Made by a program: the position numbers and the translations under genes. From Trueperaceae bacterium (GTDB taxonomy: Bacteria > Deinococcota > Deinococci > Deinococcales > Trueperaceae), in assembly GCA_034520945.1 (NCBI GenBank), contig JAXHNB010000006.1:640001-704000 (forward strand): a stretch of DNA of 64,000 nucleotides. The letters are read 5' to 3'. This document shows positions 39,442-49,243 of the stretch, in pieces. The notes below the pieces were generated by a model that was not told the origin of the DNA, searched no databases, and saw nothing but the letters and a program-made list of their open reading frames with translations. Each line of letters begins with the position of its first letter. Position 1 is the stretch's first letter.

Positions 39442-40434
39442 ATGGAGCATTTCATCGTCGTGGACTCCGGGACCAGCACCACCCGTGCCCGTCTCTACAC
39501 CGGGGGGCGGGTCACGAGAACCGAGACCGAACCCGTTGGGGCCCGCAATACCGCAACGGAGGGCAGCAATGCCGCACTCAAGGCAGGGCTGGCCACGCTA
39601 CTCTCGCGACTGCAGGCGTCGGAAGAGGCACGCGGGACGGACGTGGAGGCGGTCATATGCTCAGGAATGATCACCTCGAACATGGGGCTGCTGGAGGTTC
39701 CCCACCTGACGGCGCCCGCGAGCGTGGACGCGCTCGCGGAGGGTGTCGTTCGGCAGGATTTCCCGGACGTGACGCCACTCCCCGTTCACTTCGTACGTGG
39801 CGTGAAGACGGTGGCGGATCGTCTCGACGCGTGCGACGTGTTGCGGGGTGAGGAAGTCGAATGCCTTGGCCTACGTGAACTCTTGGCGTTGTCGGGTCCG
39901 GCGGTGTTCATGCACCACGGTTCGCACTCGAAGTCGATCCAGACCGATGCCGAGGGCACGATCCTGCAGTCGCGCACGGCCATCACAGGAGAGCTCCTGG
40001 CCGCCATCGTTCAACACACGATCTTGGCGAACAGCGTCGTAGGGTTCGAAGCGCTCGAGCTCGATCAAGCACAATGGCGGGAAGGCCTAGAGACAGCTCG
40101 CGAGAGTGGCGTGGGGCGCGCGCTTTTCCTCGTGAGGGTCGGCGAGCAGATTGCGGGCCGGACGAAGATGGCCATGACGAGCTTTCTCCTCGGGGTGCTC
40201 GCGAGCATGGATCTTCCGCTCCTCGACGAGGGTTTGCAAACGGATGCGACCCTCGTGCTCTACGGACGTGGCGTTCAGAAGGTCGCGCTTGGAAGGTACT
40301 TGGAAGAGCAAGCACCCGGCCGTGTCATCGTGACGGACGACGAGCGCGCCGAGTTGTCCGCTGTCGTGGGTGCCGTGAGAATCTACGAGCGGCACCTGGA
40401 ACTCACGGCAGGGAGAAACGGAGGGACGTCTTGA
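39442..40434 (+). CDS. dgoK: 2-dehydro-3-deoxygalactonokinase
   Basis: VDSGTSTTRA, SGMITSNMGLLEVPHL, DVLRGEE, GSHSK, TGEL. Confidence 0.88.
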   Translation: MEHFIVVDSGTSTTRARLYTGGRVTRTETEPVGARNTATEGSNAALKAGLATLLSRLQASEEARGTDVEAVICSGMITSNMGLLEVPHLTAPASVDALAEGVVRQDFPDVTPLPVHFVRGVKTVADRLDACDVLRGEEVECLGLRELLALSGPAVFMHHGSHSKSIQTDAEGTILQSRTAITGELLAAIVQHTILANSVVGFEALELDQAQWREGLETARESGVGRALFLVRVGEQIAGRTKMAMTSFLLGVLASMDLPLLDEGLQTDATLVLYGRGVQKVALGRYLEEQAPGRVIVTDDERAELSAVVGAVRIYERHLELTAGRNGGTS

Positions 40435-41102
40435 GTGGACTCCAGTCTCCAGCGGCTGATTCGCGGGTTTCGGAGCGGATTCGTGAGGAGCGGATCATTG
40501 CGATTCTCCGGGGGGTGCCCATCGAACACTTGGCGACCCTGGGCCAAGCGCTGTGGCGCGGTGGGTTTCGCGTGGCCGAAATTACCTTCACGGACGACGA
40601 CGCCGAAGACAAGATCGCGTTGCTCGGTAAGAGCCTCGGCAACGACGCGCTGGTCGGGGCTGGAACCGTCACGAACGCCGAGACGGCCCGGCGCGCCGTC
40701 GAAGCTGGCGCTCGCTTCCTCGTCACGCCGCACGTGGTGGACGAAGTGAGCGCCTTCGGCCGCGACAACGGCGTCCACGTGATCAGTGGCGCACTCACGC
40801 CTGGCGAGATTGCGCTGGCACGGTCGCAAGGGAACGCCCTCGTCAAGGTGTTTCCCGCCAAGATGGTCGGGCCGGATTACATCAGGGCGCTGCGTGGACC
40901 GTATCCGGATGCTGAGTTGGTTGCAGTGGGCGGCATCGAGGAAGGCGATGTCCGACCGTTCTTGCACGCCGGGGCGGTCGCGGTCGGAATCGGCGGGACG
41001 CTCACGAGGCTGGATTGGGATGCGCCCGATTTCGATCACGTTCATGCGCTGGCAACGCGATTGGTTTCCCTCGTGGCTGCCAGCAGGGTGGAGTCAACAT
41101 GA
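40431..41102 (+). CDS. KDPG/KDPGal aldolase (Eda/DgoA family)
   Basis: IAILRG, EITF, VGAGTV, GALTPGE, VKVFPA, VAVGGI. Confidence 0.9.
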   Translation: MSGLQSPAADSRVSERIREERIIAILRGVPIEHLATLGQALWRGGFRVAEITFTDDDAEDKIALLGKSLGNDALVGAGTVTNAETARRAVEAGARFLVTPHVVDEVSAFGRDNGVHVISGALTPGEIALARSQGNALVKVFPAKMVGPDYIRALRGPYPDAELVAVGGIEEGDVRPFLHAGAVAVGIGGTLTRLDWDAPDFDHVHALATRLVSLVAASRVEST

Positions 41103-42247
41103 AAATCGTCGAGCTGGAACTGTTCAAGGTGCCACCGCGTTGGCTGTTCGTGAAGCTCACGACCGATGAGGGCGTGACAGGCTGGGGCGAGCCAGTGGTC
41201 GAAGGGCGGGCCGATACGGTACGCACCGCCGTTCTGGAACTCGAAGAGATGTTGATCGGAAGCGATCCGTTTCGGATCGAGGACTTCTTCCAGATGGCGT
41301 ACCGCGGCGGCTTCTACCGCGGCGGCCCGGTCCTCACGAGCGCGATCTCGGGTATAGAGCAGGCCCTGTGGGACATCAAGGGCAAGGCGCTCGGCGTTCC
41401 CGTGTACGAGTTGCTAGGCGGGGCCGCTCGTGACCGTATCCAGGTGTACACGTGGATCGGCGGAGACCGTCCCCAGGACATCCGGGCGGCCGCGCGGGCG
41501 CAAATGGACCTCGGCCTCACCGCCGTCAAGATGAACGCTACGGAGGAAATGCACTACATCGACACGTACGACAAGGTAGACGCCGTACTGGAACGCGTCG
41601 CCACCGTACGAGAGGCGGGAGACCCTGCACCGAGCGTCGGGCTCGACTTTCACGGGCGCGTGCACCGTGCAATGGCCAAGATCCTCGCCAAGGAACTCGA
41701 GCCGCTGCGTCCGATGTTCATCGAAGAACCCGTGTTGCCAGGACACACGGAGGCGCTTCGCGAAGTCGCGGCTCGCACTACGATCCCAATCGCCTTGGGG
41801 GAACGACTCTTCACGCGATGGGATTTCAAGGATGTCTTGCTCGGCGGCGCCGTAGACCTGCTACAACCCGATCTGTCTCATGCAGGCGGAATTCTCGAGG
41901 TCCGAAAGATCGCGGCGATGGCCGAAGCTTTCGATGTGGCCGTGGCGCCGCACTGTCCATTGGGGCCGATCGCCCTTGCAGCCTCACTGCAGTTGGATGC
42001 CTGTACCCCCAACGCGCTCATTCAAGAATCCAGCCTCGGCATCCACTACAACCTAGGGGCCGATATCCAGGACTACCTGACAGACGCAAGCGTGTTCCAA
42101 ATCGAGGACGGGCATCTGAACATTCCTCAAAGGCCTGGGCTCGGCATCGATATCGACGAAGACGTCGTACGCGAGAAGGCCAAGGAGGGGCACGCTTGGA
42201 AGAATCCCCTCTGGCGACACGGCGACGGTTCGGTGGCGGAGTGGTAG
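41099..42247 (+). CDS. dgoD: D-galactonate dehydratase
   Basis: VPPRWLFVK..GWGEPVVEGRA, RGGFYRGGP, DFHGRVH, APHCPLGP, WRHGDGSVAEW. Confidence 0.95.
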   Translation: MKIVELELFKVPPRWLFVKLTTDEGVTGWGEPVVEGRADTVRTAVLELEEMLIGSDPFRIEDFFQMAYRGGFYRGGPVLTSAISGIEQALWDIKGKALGVPVYELLGGAARDRIQVYTWIGGDRPQDIRAAARAQMDLGLTAVKMNATEEMHYIDTYDKVDAVLERVATVREAGDPAPSVGLDFHGRVHRAMAKILAKELEPLRPMFIEEPVLPGHTEALREVAARTTIPIALGERLFTRWDFKDVLLGGAVDLLQPDLSHAGGILEVRKIAAMAEAFDVAVAPHCPLGPIALAASLQLDACTPNALIQESSLGIHYNLGADIQDYLTDASVFQIEDGHLNIPQRPGLGIDIDEDVVREKAKEGHAWKNPLWRHGDGSVAEW

Positions 42248-42338
42248 ATCGACCCACCGTCCTTGGTGCGAGGTCAACGAGAATATGTCGTCGCGGAGAC
42301 GGTTGCTCGAACGGTCAGCCCTTCGTCGGGGATCTTGC

Positions 42339-43291
42339 TCAGTAGCCGCGATCCCGCTCGATCACGTTCTCGAGGGGCTCGCCGGCCTGCAATCGCGCCA
42401 GGTTGTAGAGAACGAGATCCTGTGCACCAAGAGGGCGGCCTCCCGAGGCATGCGGCGTGATGATGACGTTCTCCAGCTGCCACAATGGCGACGTCGGGGG
42501 CAGAGGTTCCTCCTCGAACACGTCGAGCGCGGCACCCGCGAGGTCGCCATCGCCGAGTGCCGAAACGAGCGCATCCCCGTCGAGGGTAGAGCCACGTCCG
42601 ACGTTCACGAGCCACGCATGCTTGGGCAAGCAGGCAAGTTGGCGGGCGCCCACGAGCCGATAGTTGTGGGGCGTATTCGGGAGGATCATCAAGAGAAGAT
42701 CGGTCCTCTCTAGAAGGGACGCGGCTGCGTCGCCAGCCGACACGGGTACGCCGGCCCGCGTACCTCCGTACGTAGCTATCCCCTCTACGTGCGCACCCAA
42801 CGCCTGCAAGATCGGGGTGAGTGTCTTCGCGATACTGCCGAAACCCCAGATCGTGACCCGTGCGTCCAGTAGACTTCGGAACGTTCGGCCCGGGGCGTGC
42901 TCCTGTATCCACCAAGGTCGAAGCGCCATTCATGCCGGCCCTGCGCATCGCGCAGGACGTGAAGGCGACGCGCACTCGCCAAGATCAGGGCAAGGGCGTG
43001 CTCCGCTGCCGGCCGGTCGTGCAAGCCCCGCCCCGAGGCAAGGATCACGTCGTCTGGAAATGATGCGGACAGGACCTCGTCGGCGCCGGCGGCCAAGCCC
43101 TGCACCCATTGCAGGTTCGGCAACACTTCGGCGACGTGCGAGCGTTGCCATGGTGGATTGGCCCACAGCACGATCGCTTCCGCGCCTCGAAGGTGCGCAG
43201 GGATCTCTTGCTTCGGGTCGTAGATCTCGACGTCTACACCGTCGAAACGGTCGAGATCCCATGAAAGCGAGGATGGCAGGAGGATTCTCAC
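42339..43291 (-). pseudogene. D-2-hydroxyacid dehydrogenase, one frameshift
   Basis: WVQGLAAG, GRGLHDRPAAEHAL, frame change at about 42920, GFGSIA, NVGRG, LDVFEEEPL, TPHASG. Confidence 0.85.
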
Positions 43292-43359
43292 GTTGGCATT
43301 CTTGCATGGGCGTTCGATGTCGGACCGGCGGACCCTGCCCCCCGGGCGGAGGTGAGTCG

Positions 43360-43445
43360 TGTCATTTCTCATGAGCTCGACTCAGCCGTTCTCGCGAGCA
43401 TGACACACGCCTGTGATGGCGGGGTTTTCTCGTTTGGTCGACCCA
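43360..43445 (+). mobile_element. Isolated IS21-like terminal sequence
   Basis: TGTCATTTCTCATGAGCTCGACTCAGCCGTTCTCGCGAGCATGACACAC aligns with the end at 2065. Confidence 0.7.
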
Positions 43446-43556
43446 GGAGCGATGTCGCCTCATTGCGAGCGACGTCCGTGTCACGCACCGATGGCGTCGG
43501 TCGCCAGGAACTCGACGAGCGACGGATTTCTGTTCTGCTTGCGCCTCTCGGGCCGG

Positions 43557-43891
43557 TCAGTTCCGTCTGCCTTGCAATGTCTTCGCGATCCGCTCCATTC
43601 TCAGCAGGAGGCGGGTGGACGGCGCGACCTTGCCCGTGAGGTAGGTCGACGACCACGGTGCAAAGGTGGCGATCACGCCCTCGGTAGGCCAGCTGCCCAC
43701 GGAATCCACGGGTTTCGCGTCGATGTTGCGGAATCGAAGGCTCACGGCTTCTCGCGCTCCTGCTCGAGCACGTGCTGGGCGATGGCCAGGCATTGGTCGG
43801 CCACCATGCGCCAAGCGTGCCAGCGGGGGTGGAGGCGCTTGTAGCGCGGCAGCTCCCGGGCGGTATCGGTATCGTCCGGCTTTGGCTCCGC
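43557..43891 (-). pseudogene. Remnants of a nucleotidyltransferase-like/XRE-HTH gene pair
   Basis: AEPKPDD..ELPRYKRLHPRWHAW..C* overlapping (GTGA) SLRFRNIDAKP..WPTEGV / STYLTGKVAPS; the second gene is internally deleted. Confidence 0.55.
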
Positions 43892-44166
43892 CGCCGGAGG
43901 CGAGGCTCGAGCTGGAAGTGGCGCGGAAGAAGGGGTCGGTGTTCGAGCCTGCGCACCCGCTGTGCGCGCCGACCGGTACGTCCGGTTTCACGAGGGGCTC
44001 GAAGTGCTACTGGATGCGCCCGTAGAGTTCGTGTGGGGCGTCGTCGAATCTCACCTCAGCAACCTGCGACGAGAGGTGCGGACCCTTCTCGCGGAGGACC
44101 CTGAATAGCCCCAGTACGCACGGAACCCTTGCAGCGACTCGCTTCGAGGCGGCCGCTCGCGGGTCG

Positions 44167-44707
44167 TCAGCCCTGAAGCTCGACCGCCAATGCCAGCAGG
44201 CCACGCACGGTGCGCCAGTTGCGGGCCGTGACCTCGACGCCCAGCACACTCGGCACCCGCTGGGGGAGCTTGGATCGCCCCAGGCCGTTGGGCGCATGCA
44301 CGTACGGGACGTTGCCGCGCAGCGCACACGGTTCGCCGTTGCTGCAGACCTCTTCCAGTGCGGCGAGGTTCGGTGCCTGCGGCAGGCTGGCGGGGAAGAA
44401 CGCGTGCAGCGTCGTGGGCTTTCCCTCCGCCTCCGGGAAGGGGTTCGCGTCCGCGACGCGGTGCAGTTCGTCCGCCGAGAGAAGCGCCACGGCGGGTCGA
44501 AACGCCATGGTCGGCGGCGACCTTGTCCGCGAGGGTCTCCGCGAGACGGCTCGTAGCGTGCGGGGGCGCAGCGAATACGGCGTTGCCGCTCTGAAGGTAG
44601 GTTCGCACGCGCGTCGCGCCGAGGTCGCGAAGGGCGTGCGCGAATGCCGTCATAGGCAGGCGGTTGCGGCCGCCGACGTTGACTCCGCGAAGGAGCGCCA
44701 CATGCAT
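44167..44707 (-). pseudogene. DUF1697 family protein, frameshifted
   Basis: VALLRGVNVGGRNRLPM, TYLQSGNAVF, frame change at about 44505, ANPF, VTARNWRT. Confidence 0.88.
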
Positions 44708-44808
44708 TCGGGGAGGTTAGCACCCGGGGAACCGAGCAGGGATCGCGGTTGCGCGCAAAGCCCACACGCGTCGTTGGCAATCCTTGCCAACAGCGCTATG
44801 ATGCGGGT

Positions 44809-45042
44809 ATGGGAACCATGAACGTGTCCCTCCCCGAAACCCTGCGCGCGTACGTGGAAAAGCGGGTGCAGGACGAGGGCTACGCAAGCAGTAGCGAGTA
44901 CGTGCGCGAGTTGATTCGCAGGGACCGCAGTCGCGAGCGGCTGCGCGCCATGATCATCGACGGCATCGAATCGGGCCCCGCACGGTCGCTGGACGACGCC
45001 TACTTCGACGATCTCGTGGCGTCGTTGGATGAATCGACCTGA
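44809..45042 (+). CDS. parD: ParD-like RHH antitoxin
   Basis: TMNVSLPETLRAYVE..GYASSSEYVRELIRRD. Confidence 0.9.
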   Translation: MGTMNVSLPETLRAYVEKRVQDEGYASSSEYVRELIRRDRSRERLRAMIIDGIESGPARSLDDAYFDDLVASLDEST

Positions 45043-45360
45043 GGCGGAGATCCTGTGGCGTCCGCGAGCCATCGCGGACGTGGAGCAGGCTGCGTGGAGC
45101 TATCGCGATATCAGGCGGAAGCGGTGTGGCGACGCGCTTCGTAGCCGAAGCTTCAGCGCGCCACCACAGCCATCCGGCAGGAGCCTTTTGCCGGGTCCCC
45201 GCGTCATGGGATCGAACTCGGGATGCCTGGCCTCAGGAGCTGGGTCCTAGACGAGTTCCCGCATCTCGTCTTCTACTTCTACCTGTCGGACCAGTCGACC
45301 GTGGAAATCGTCCGCGTGCTTCATGCTCGGCGTGACGTCCAGTCGCTCCTGGCGGAGTAA
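45029..45360 (+). pseudogene. parE: ParE/RelE toxin, frameshifted
   Basis: RPRAIADVE..ATRFV..GSPR..GLRSW..FPHLVFY..IVRVLHARRD across frames. Confidence 0.82.
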
Positions 45361-45515
45361 CGTTCGGTGCGTCATGACGAGGCCAGCCTGACCTCGGGGA
45401 TCTTCATGGGCACATGCGCTTGGAGGGTCCCAGACTTGCGCGTGACGTTGGCGATGGCGCCGTAGTATGTCCCCGCCACGCGATGGACTACGAGCCGCAC
45501 CATGAAGGGACGACC

Positions 45516-45926
45516 ATGGCTACGAGGACCCGACCCACGACGCCACCGACGAGATCGAGGCGCGAATCCAGGAACTCTCGGACTGGCGCGGAGCGCGACT
45601 CGCGAATCCGCCGCCTCGTGAAGCAGGCTGCCCAAGGCGTGGTGGAGGAGGTGAAGTGGCGCAAGCCGTCGGACGGCATGCGCGGCGTTCCGGTGTGGTC
45701 CAAGGACGGGATGATCTGCAGTTTCGAGACCTACGAGGACAAGGTCAAGCTCATCTTCGCCAAGGGCGCCGCCCTCGACGATCCTGCGGGGCTCTTCAAC
45801 GCCGGCTTCGGCGGCCACACGCGGCGCGCCATCGACCTGCGTGAGGGCGACGACATCGACGAGGCGGTCTTCATGTCCCTCATGCGCCGGGCGGTGGCCC
45901 AGAACGAGCCGGCCAAAAAGGGCTGA
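45516..45926 (+). CDS. DUF1801 domain protein (compensating indels near the N-terminus)
   Basis: DWRG in an alternate frame; EEVKWRKP, GVPVWS, VKLIFAKGAALDDP, RRAID. Confidence 0.8.
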   Translation: MATRTRPTTPPTRSRRESRNSRTGAERDSRIRRLVKQAAQGVVEEVKWRKPSDGMRGVPVWSKDGMICSFETYEDKVKLIFAKGAALDDPAGLFNAGFGGHTRRAIDLREGDDIDEAVFMSLMRRAVAQNEPAKKG

Positions 45927-46032
45927 GCCTAATCTTCCACGCGATGCAGTAGCGAGTTCCGAGCGATTCGTCGGCGCATGCCTCGTCCTGAGGCCTGGCC
46001 CTACGGCCGACGTGTGGCGCGAGGGTTCGCTC

Positions 46033-46836
46033 TCAGGCCCCGCGCGTTCGCTGCAGCAGCTCGTGGAAGGCCGCGAACGAGCTCTGCCGCGTGCCGAAGT
46101 CGGGCGTCTCGGGCCAGGGGCCGGTCCCGCCGAGCACAAGCTCGGCGCCCTGCTCGCGGCAGGCGTCGCCGATGCGCTGGGTGGCCTCGGCCAGGCCGGC
46201 GACGTCGTTCGACGCCGACGATGCGGAGAGCGCCACCATCACGGGCGCCTCGGTGCGAATGAAGCGTTCGACGTCGGCGACGGGGGTGCGTCCCCCCAGC
46301 CACACCACCGGCAGGCCCACTTCGCGGACGCACAACTCGGCCAGGGAAAGGCCCAGCGTGTGGTCGTCATCGCCGAGGCATGCCAGCAGCACCGGCCGCC
46401 CCTCGGGTGCCGCGGGCAGCGCGTCCCCGATGCGCGCCAGCCCCCGCGCCAGCACCTCGGAGGCGCGATGCTCCTCGCCGATACCGAGGCGGCCGTCCTG
46501 CCACGCGTCGCCCATGGCGCCCAGAACGCTCCCAAGCTCGTCGGCCAACGCGTGCCATGAGCCCAGGCGAGCGCGGGCCTCCAGCAGCCGCGCGTCGACC
46601 TCGTGCCTGCGGCCCGTGACCAACACCTCGATCCAGGCCTCGACCGGGTGCAGCCCTGCGGTGGCGTGACGGTCCTGGAGCCACTGCTCCAGCGCGCTGC
46701 GGGTGAACCGGCGGTGCCCACCGGGGGTGCGGACCGAAGGCAGCCCTTCCTGTTCCGCCCAGCGCTTGACGGTCGACGCGGAGACGCCTGCGATCGCCGC
46801 CGCCTGTTTCGGGGTGAGCATGCCTTCGGCCGCCAT
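46033..46836 (-). CDS. BldC/MerR-type HTH plus cobalamin-binding domain regulator (CarH/LitR-like)
   Basis: LTPKQAA..VSASTVKRWA..RTPGGHRRF; W-x9-EH (WQDGRLGIGEEH); DDHTLG, WLGGRTP, LVLGG. Confidence 0.87.
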   Translation of the reverse strand: MAAEGMLTPKQAAAIAGVSASTVKRWAEQEGLPSVRTPGGHRRFTRSALEQWLQDRHATAGLHPVEAWIEVLVTGRRHEVDARLLEARARLGSWHALADELGSVLGAMGDAWQDGRLGIGEEHRASEVLARGLARIGDALPAAPEGRPVLLACLGDDDHTLGLSLAELCVREVGLPVVWLGGRTPVADVERFIRTEAPVMVALSASSASNDVAGLAEATQRIGDACREQGAELVLGGTGPWPETPDFGTRQSSFAAFHELLQRTRGA

Positions 46837-46922
46837 CGGGCTACGATACCTCGAATCGGGCGGTTCTGGTGAGGTGAATCCGACGATTTCGCCCACCGCC
46901 GTCGGGTACGGGAAGGGGAGAC

Positions 46923-47408
46923 ATGCAGGGTCGACATCGCCTCGTACGCCACCAGTGGGTGCCGCACCCACCCGATACGGTGTTCGCGTTCTTTTCAGAC
47001 GCGCACAACCTGGAGCGGCTCACGCCGACGTTCCTTCGCCTGGACATCCGTACGCCACAGCCGATCGAGATGCGCTCCGGCACGCGTATCGAGTACGTGA
47101 TGCGCCTGTTCGGCCTGCCCGTGCGGTGGCGCACCCGCATCGACGAATGGCGGCCGGGTGAGGGCTTCGTGGACGTGCAGGAGTCGGGGCCGTACGCGTA
47201 CTGGCGCCATGCCCATCGCTTCGAACCGGTGGACGGGGGCACCCGGCTCGTCGACGAGGTCGAGTACACGCTGCCGTTCGGATGGCTGGGACGACTGGCC
47301 CATGCCCTGGTGGTGCGGCATGTCCTGCGGCGCATCTTCGATTTCCGCGCTGCGGCGATCCAACGGCAGTACGGGGACGAGGAGGCACTTCGGCCCGCGC
47401 GGTCCTGA
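46923..47408 (+). CDS. SRPBCC family protein
   Basis: VFAFFSDAHNLERLTP, FVDVQESGPYAYWRHAHRF, IFDFR. Confidence 0.9.
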   Translation: MQGRHRLVRHQWVPHPPDTVFAFFSDAHNLERLTPTFLRLDIRTPQPIEMRSGTRIEYVMRLFGLPVRWRTRIDEWRPGEGFVDVQESGPYAYWRHAHRFEPVDGGTRLVDEVEYTLPFGWLGRLAHALVVRHVLRRIFDFRAAAIQRQYGDEEALRPARS

Positions 47409-47445
47409 GTCGGCGCCCCGCGGCAGGCACTCACGACCAAGCAAA

Positions 47446-47479
47446 CGTCCGGCGGCCCCCAAACGGGGGCCGCCGGACG
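47446..47479. terminator. Hairpin between convergent genes
   Basis: CGTCCGGCGGCCCCC-AAAC-GGGGGCCGCCGGACG. Confidence 0.8.
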
Positions 47480-47508
47480 AGTGATTGGAGGAGCGTCGAG
47501 GGGTTAGC

Positions 47509-48042
47509 TCATTCGCCCTCGGGGGGCAGGAGAACGCCGTCGATGACGTGGACGACGCCGTTGCCGGCCTCGAGGTCGGTGGCGGTCACGGTGGCGGAGC
47601 CGTTCACCATCACCTGATCACCGCTCAGCGTGACGGTCAGGGACGCGCCCTGCACCGTGGTCACGACGGCTTCGCCGTCGCCCGCCTCGATCGCGGCCAG
47701 CACGTCGGCGGCCAGCAGGCGCTGCGGCACCACGTGGTAGCCGAGGATGTCGGCCAGCGCCGGGTCGGCCAGCAGTTCTTCGGCGCTGATGCCGAGCGCT
47801 TCCAGGGCCGCTTCGAAGGCGGCGTCGGTGGGCGCGAACACGGTGAAGGGGCCTTCTTCGCTGAGGGTGGTGCCGAGGCCCGCTTCGACCACGGCGGCTG
47901 CGAGGGTGGTGTGGTCTTCGCTGCTTACGACGATGTCGACGACCGTGTGCGGCATGTCGCCGTGGTTGGAGGCCAAGGAGGCGCCGAGCCCGAAGGCCAT
48001 CACGGCGAGGAGCAGGAGCGTGCGGTTCAGGGTGTGCGTCAT
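47509..48042 (-). CDS. Fasciclin (FAS1) domain exported protein
   Basis: Signal peptide; GPFTVFAPTDAAF, ILGYHVV, NGVVHVIDGVLLP. Confidence 0.95.
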   Translation of the reverse strand: MTHTLNRTLLLLAVMAFGLGASLASNHGDMPHTVVDIVVSSEDHTTLAAAVVEAGLGTTLSEEGPFTVFAPTDAAFEAALEALGISAEELLADPALADILGYHVVPQRLLAADVLAAIEAGDGEAVVTTVQGASLTVTLSGDQVMVNGSATVTATDLEAGNGVVHVIDGVLLPPEGE

Positions 48043-48533
48043 GTTCGTCTCCTTTTGAAGGGTCCGAGGCTGGTCCCTCATGGCCCCATCGGTTGGGGGC
48101 TTCGTCCGCTGCCGCCGGTCCCGCGAACGCCCTATTGGGTCGGCCGAGTGAAAGGCGGGCAGTCGGGCGATCGCCCTTGAACCGAACGAATCGTAGCACG
48201 AGATAGCCAACTAATGCAAGCTCGAATCGGCTAAACCGTCTACCCGCTCGAAATGTCGCGGCCAGGACGCGGCTCGCCCCTGAAGCGAGCCGCGCCTATC
48301 CTTCGAACGGCCAGGCCACGACGCGGCCTAGCAGGGTGGCGATCTTCTGTTCGGGGACGTGGCCAGTGTGGATCTCATCCATGTCGGCGTCCTTTCTTCG
48401 CAGGTGTCGCCGGAGGTCGCGTGCCAGGCGGCGTTTGGCTCGTGCGTTTGCCTGCTCCTCGCGGGCGTAACGGCCGATTTCGCACGCTGCGGCGTCGTCA
48501 CTGCATCACGTTGGATGATGCTATGATGATGCT

Positions 48534-48788
48534 ATGCGTACCACCATTACGCTCGATCCCGACGTCGAGGCGCTCGTACGTCGGCGCATGCGCGAGCGGG
48601 GTATCGGCTTCAAGCAGGCCGTCAACGAAGCGTTGCGGGAAGGGCTCGTGCCCGAAGATGCGCACACACCGTTCGAAACGCCCTCCTTCGACCTCGGTGG
48701 CGCTCGCGTGGACGTGACGCGAGCCCTTGAGCTTGCTGGGTACCTGGAGAACGAGGAGTTTCTCCATAAGCGTGCGCTTCGGAAGTGA
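48534..48788 (+). CDS. vapB: VapB antitoxin
   Basis: MRTTITLDPDV..GFKQAVNEALREGL. Confidence 0.88.
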   Translation: MRTTITLDPDVEALVRRRMRERGIGFKQAVNEALREGLVPEDAHTPFETPSFDLGGARVDVTRALELAGYLENEEFLHKRALRK

Positions 48789-49228
48789 GCAAGGGCGTGT
48801 CGGTCGTCGACGCCAACGTTCTGCTGTACGCGGTGGACCGCTCAGCGCCGTGGCATGCCGAGGCGAGGGTGTGGCTGGATCGCGCCTTGTCGGGTTCGGG
48901 CACGGTCGTGTTTCCGTGGTTGTGCCTGTTGGCTTTTCTGCGCATCAGCACGCACTCGGGCATCTTTCAGAACCCATTGCGGACCGAGCAAGCGCTCGAC
49001 GTGATCGAGGCGTGGCTATCTCGTCCGAATGCCGTCGTTCCGGGGCCGGGCCGGGCGCATCTAGATTCGCTGCGGTCGTTGCTTGCCGAAACGGGAAGCG
49101 GCGGCAATCTCGTGAACGACGCGCATATCGCGGCGATCGCGCGCGACGCGGATGCGGTGGTCGTCACGTTCGACGCGGACTTCGGGCGCTTTCCAGGCGT
49201 CCGGTGGCAGCGGCCCGAGCGTCCGTAG
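48785..49228 (+). CDS. vapC: VapC PIN toxin
   Basis: VDANVLLYAVD, AFLRIST, GNLVNDAHIAA, TFDADFGRFPG. Confidence 0.92.
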   Translation: MSKGVSVVDANVLLYAVDRSAPWHAEARVWLDRALSGSGTVVFPWLCLLAFLRISTHSGIFQNPLRTEQALDVIEAWLSRPNAVVPGPGRAHLDSLRSLLAETGSGGNLVNDAHIAAIARDADAVVVTFDADFGRFPGVRWQRPERP

Positions 49229-49243
49229 AATCGGCCTGAAGCG

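Noticed and set aside
48043..48250. Possible cobalamin riboswitch in the long fasciclin leader
   Set aside because: B12-box motifs (GGGAA, GCCACTG) not found
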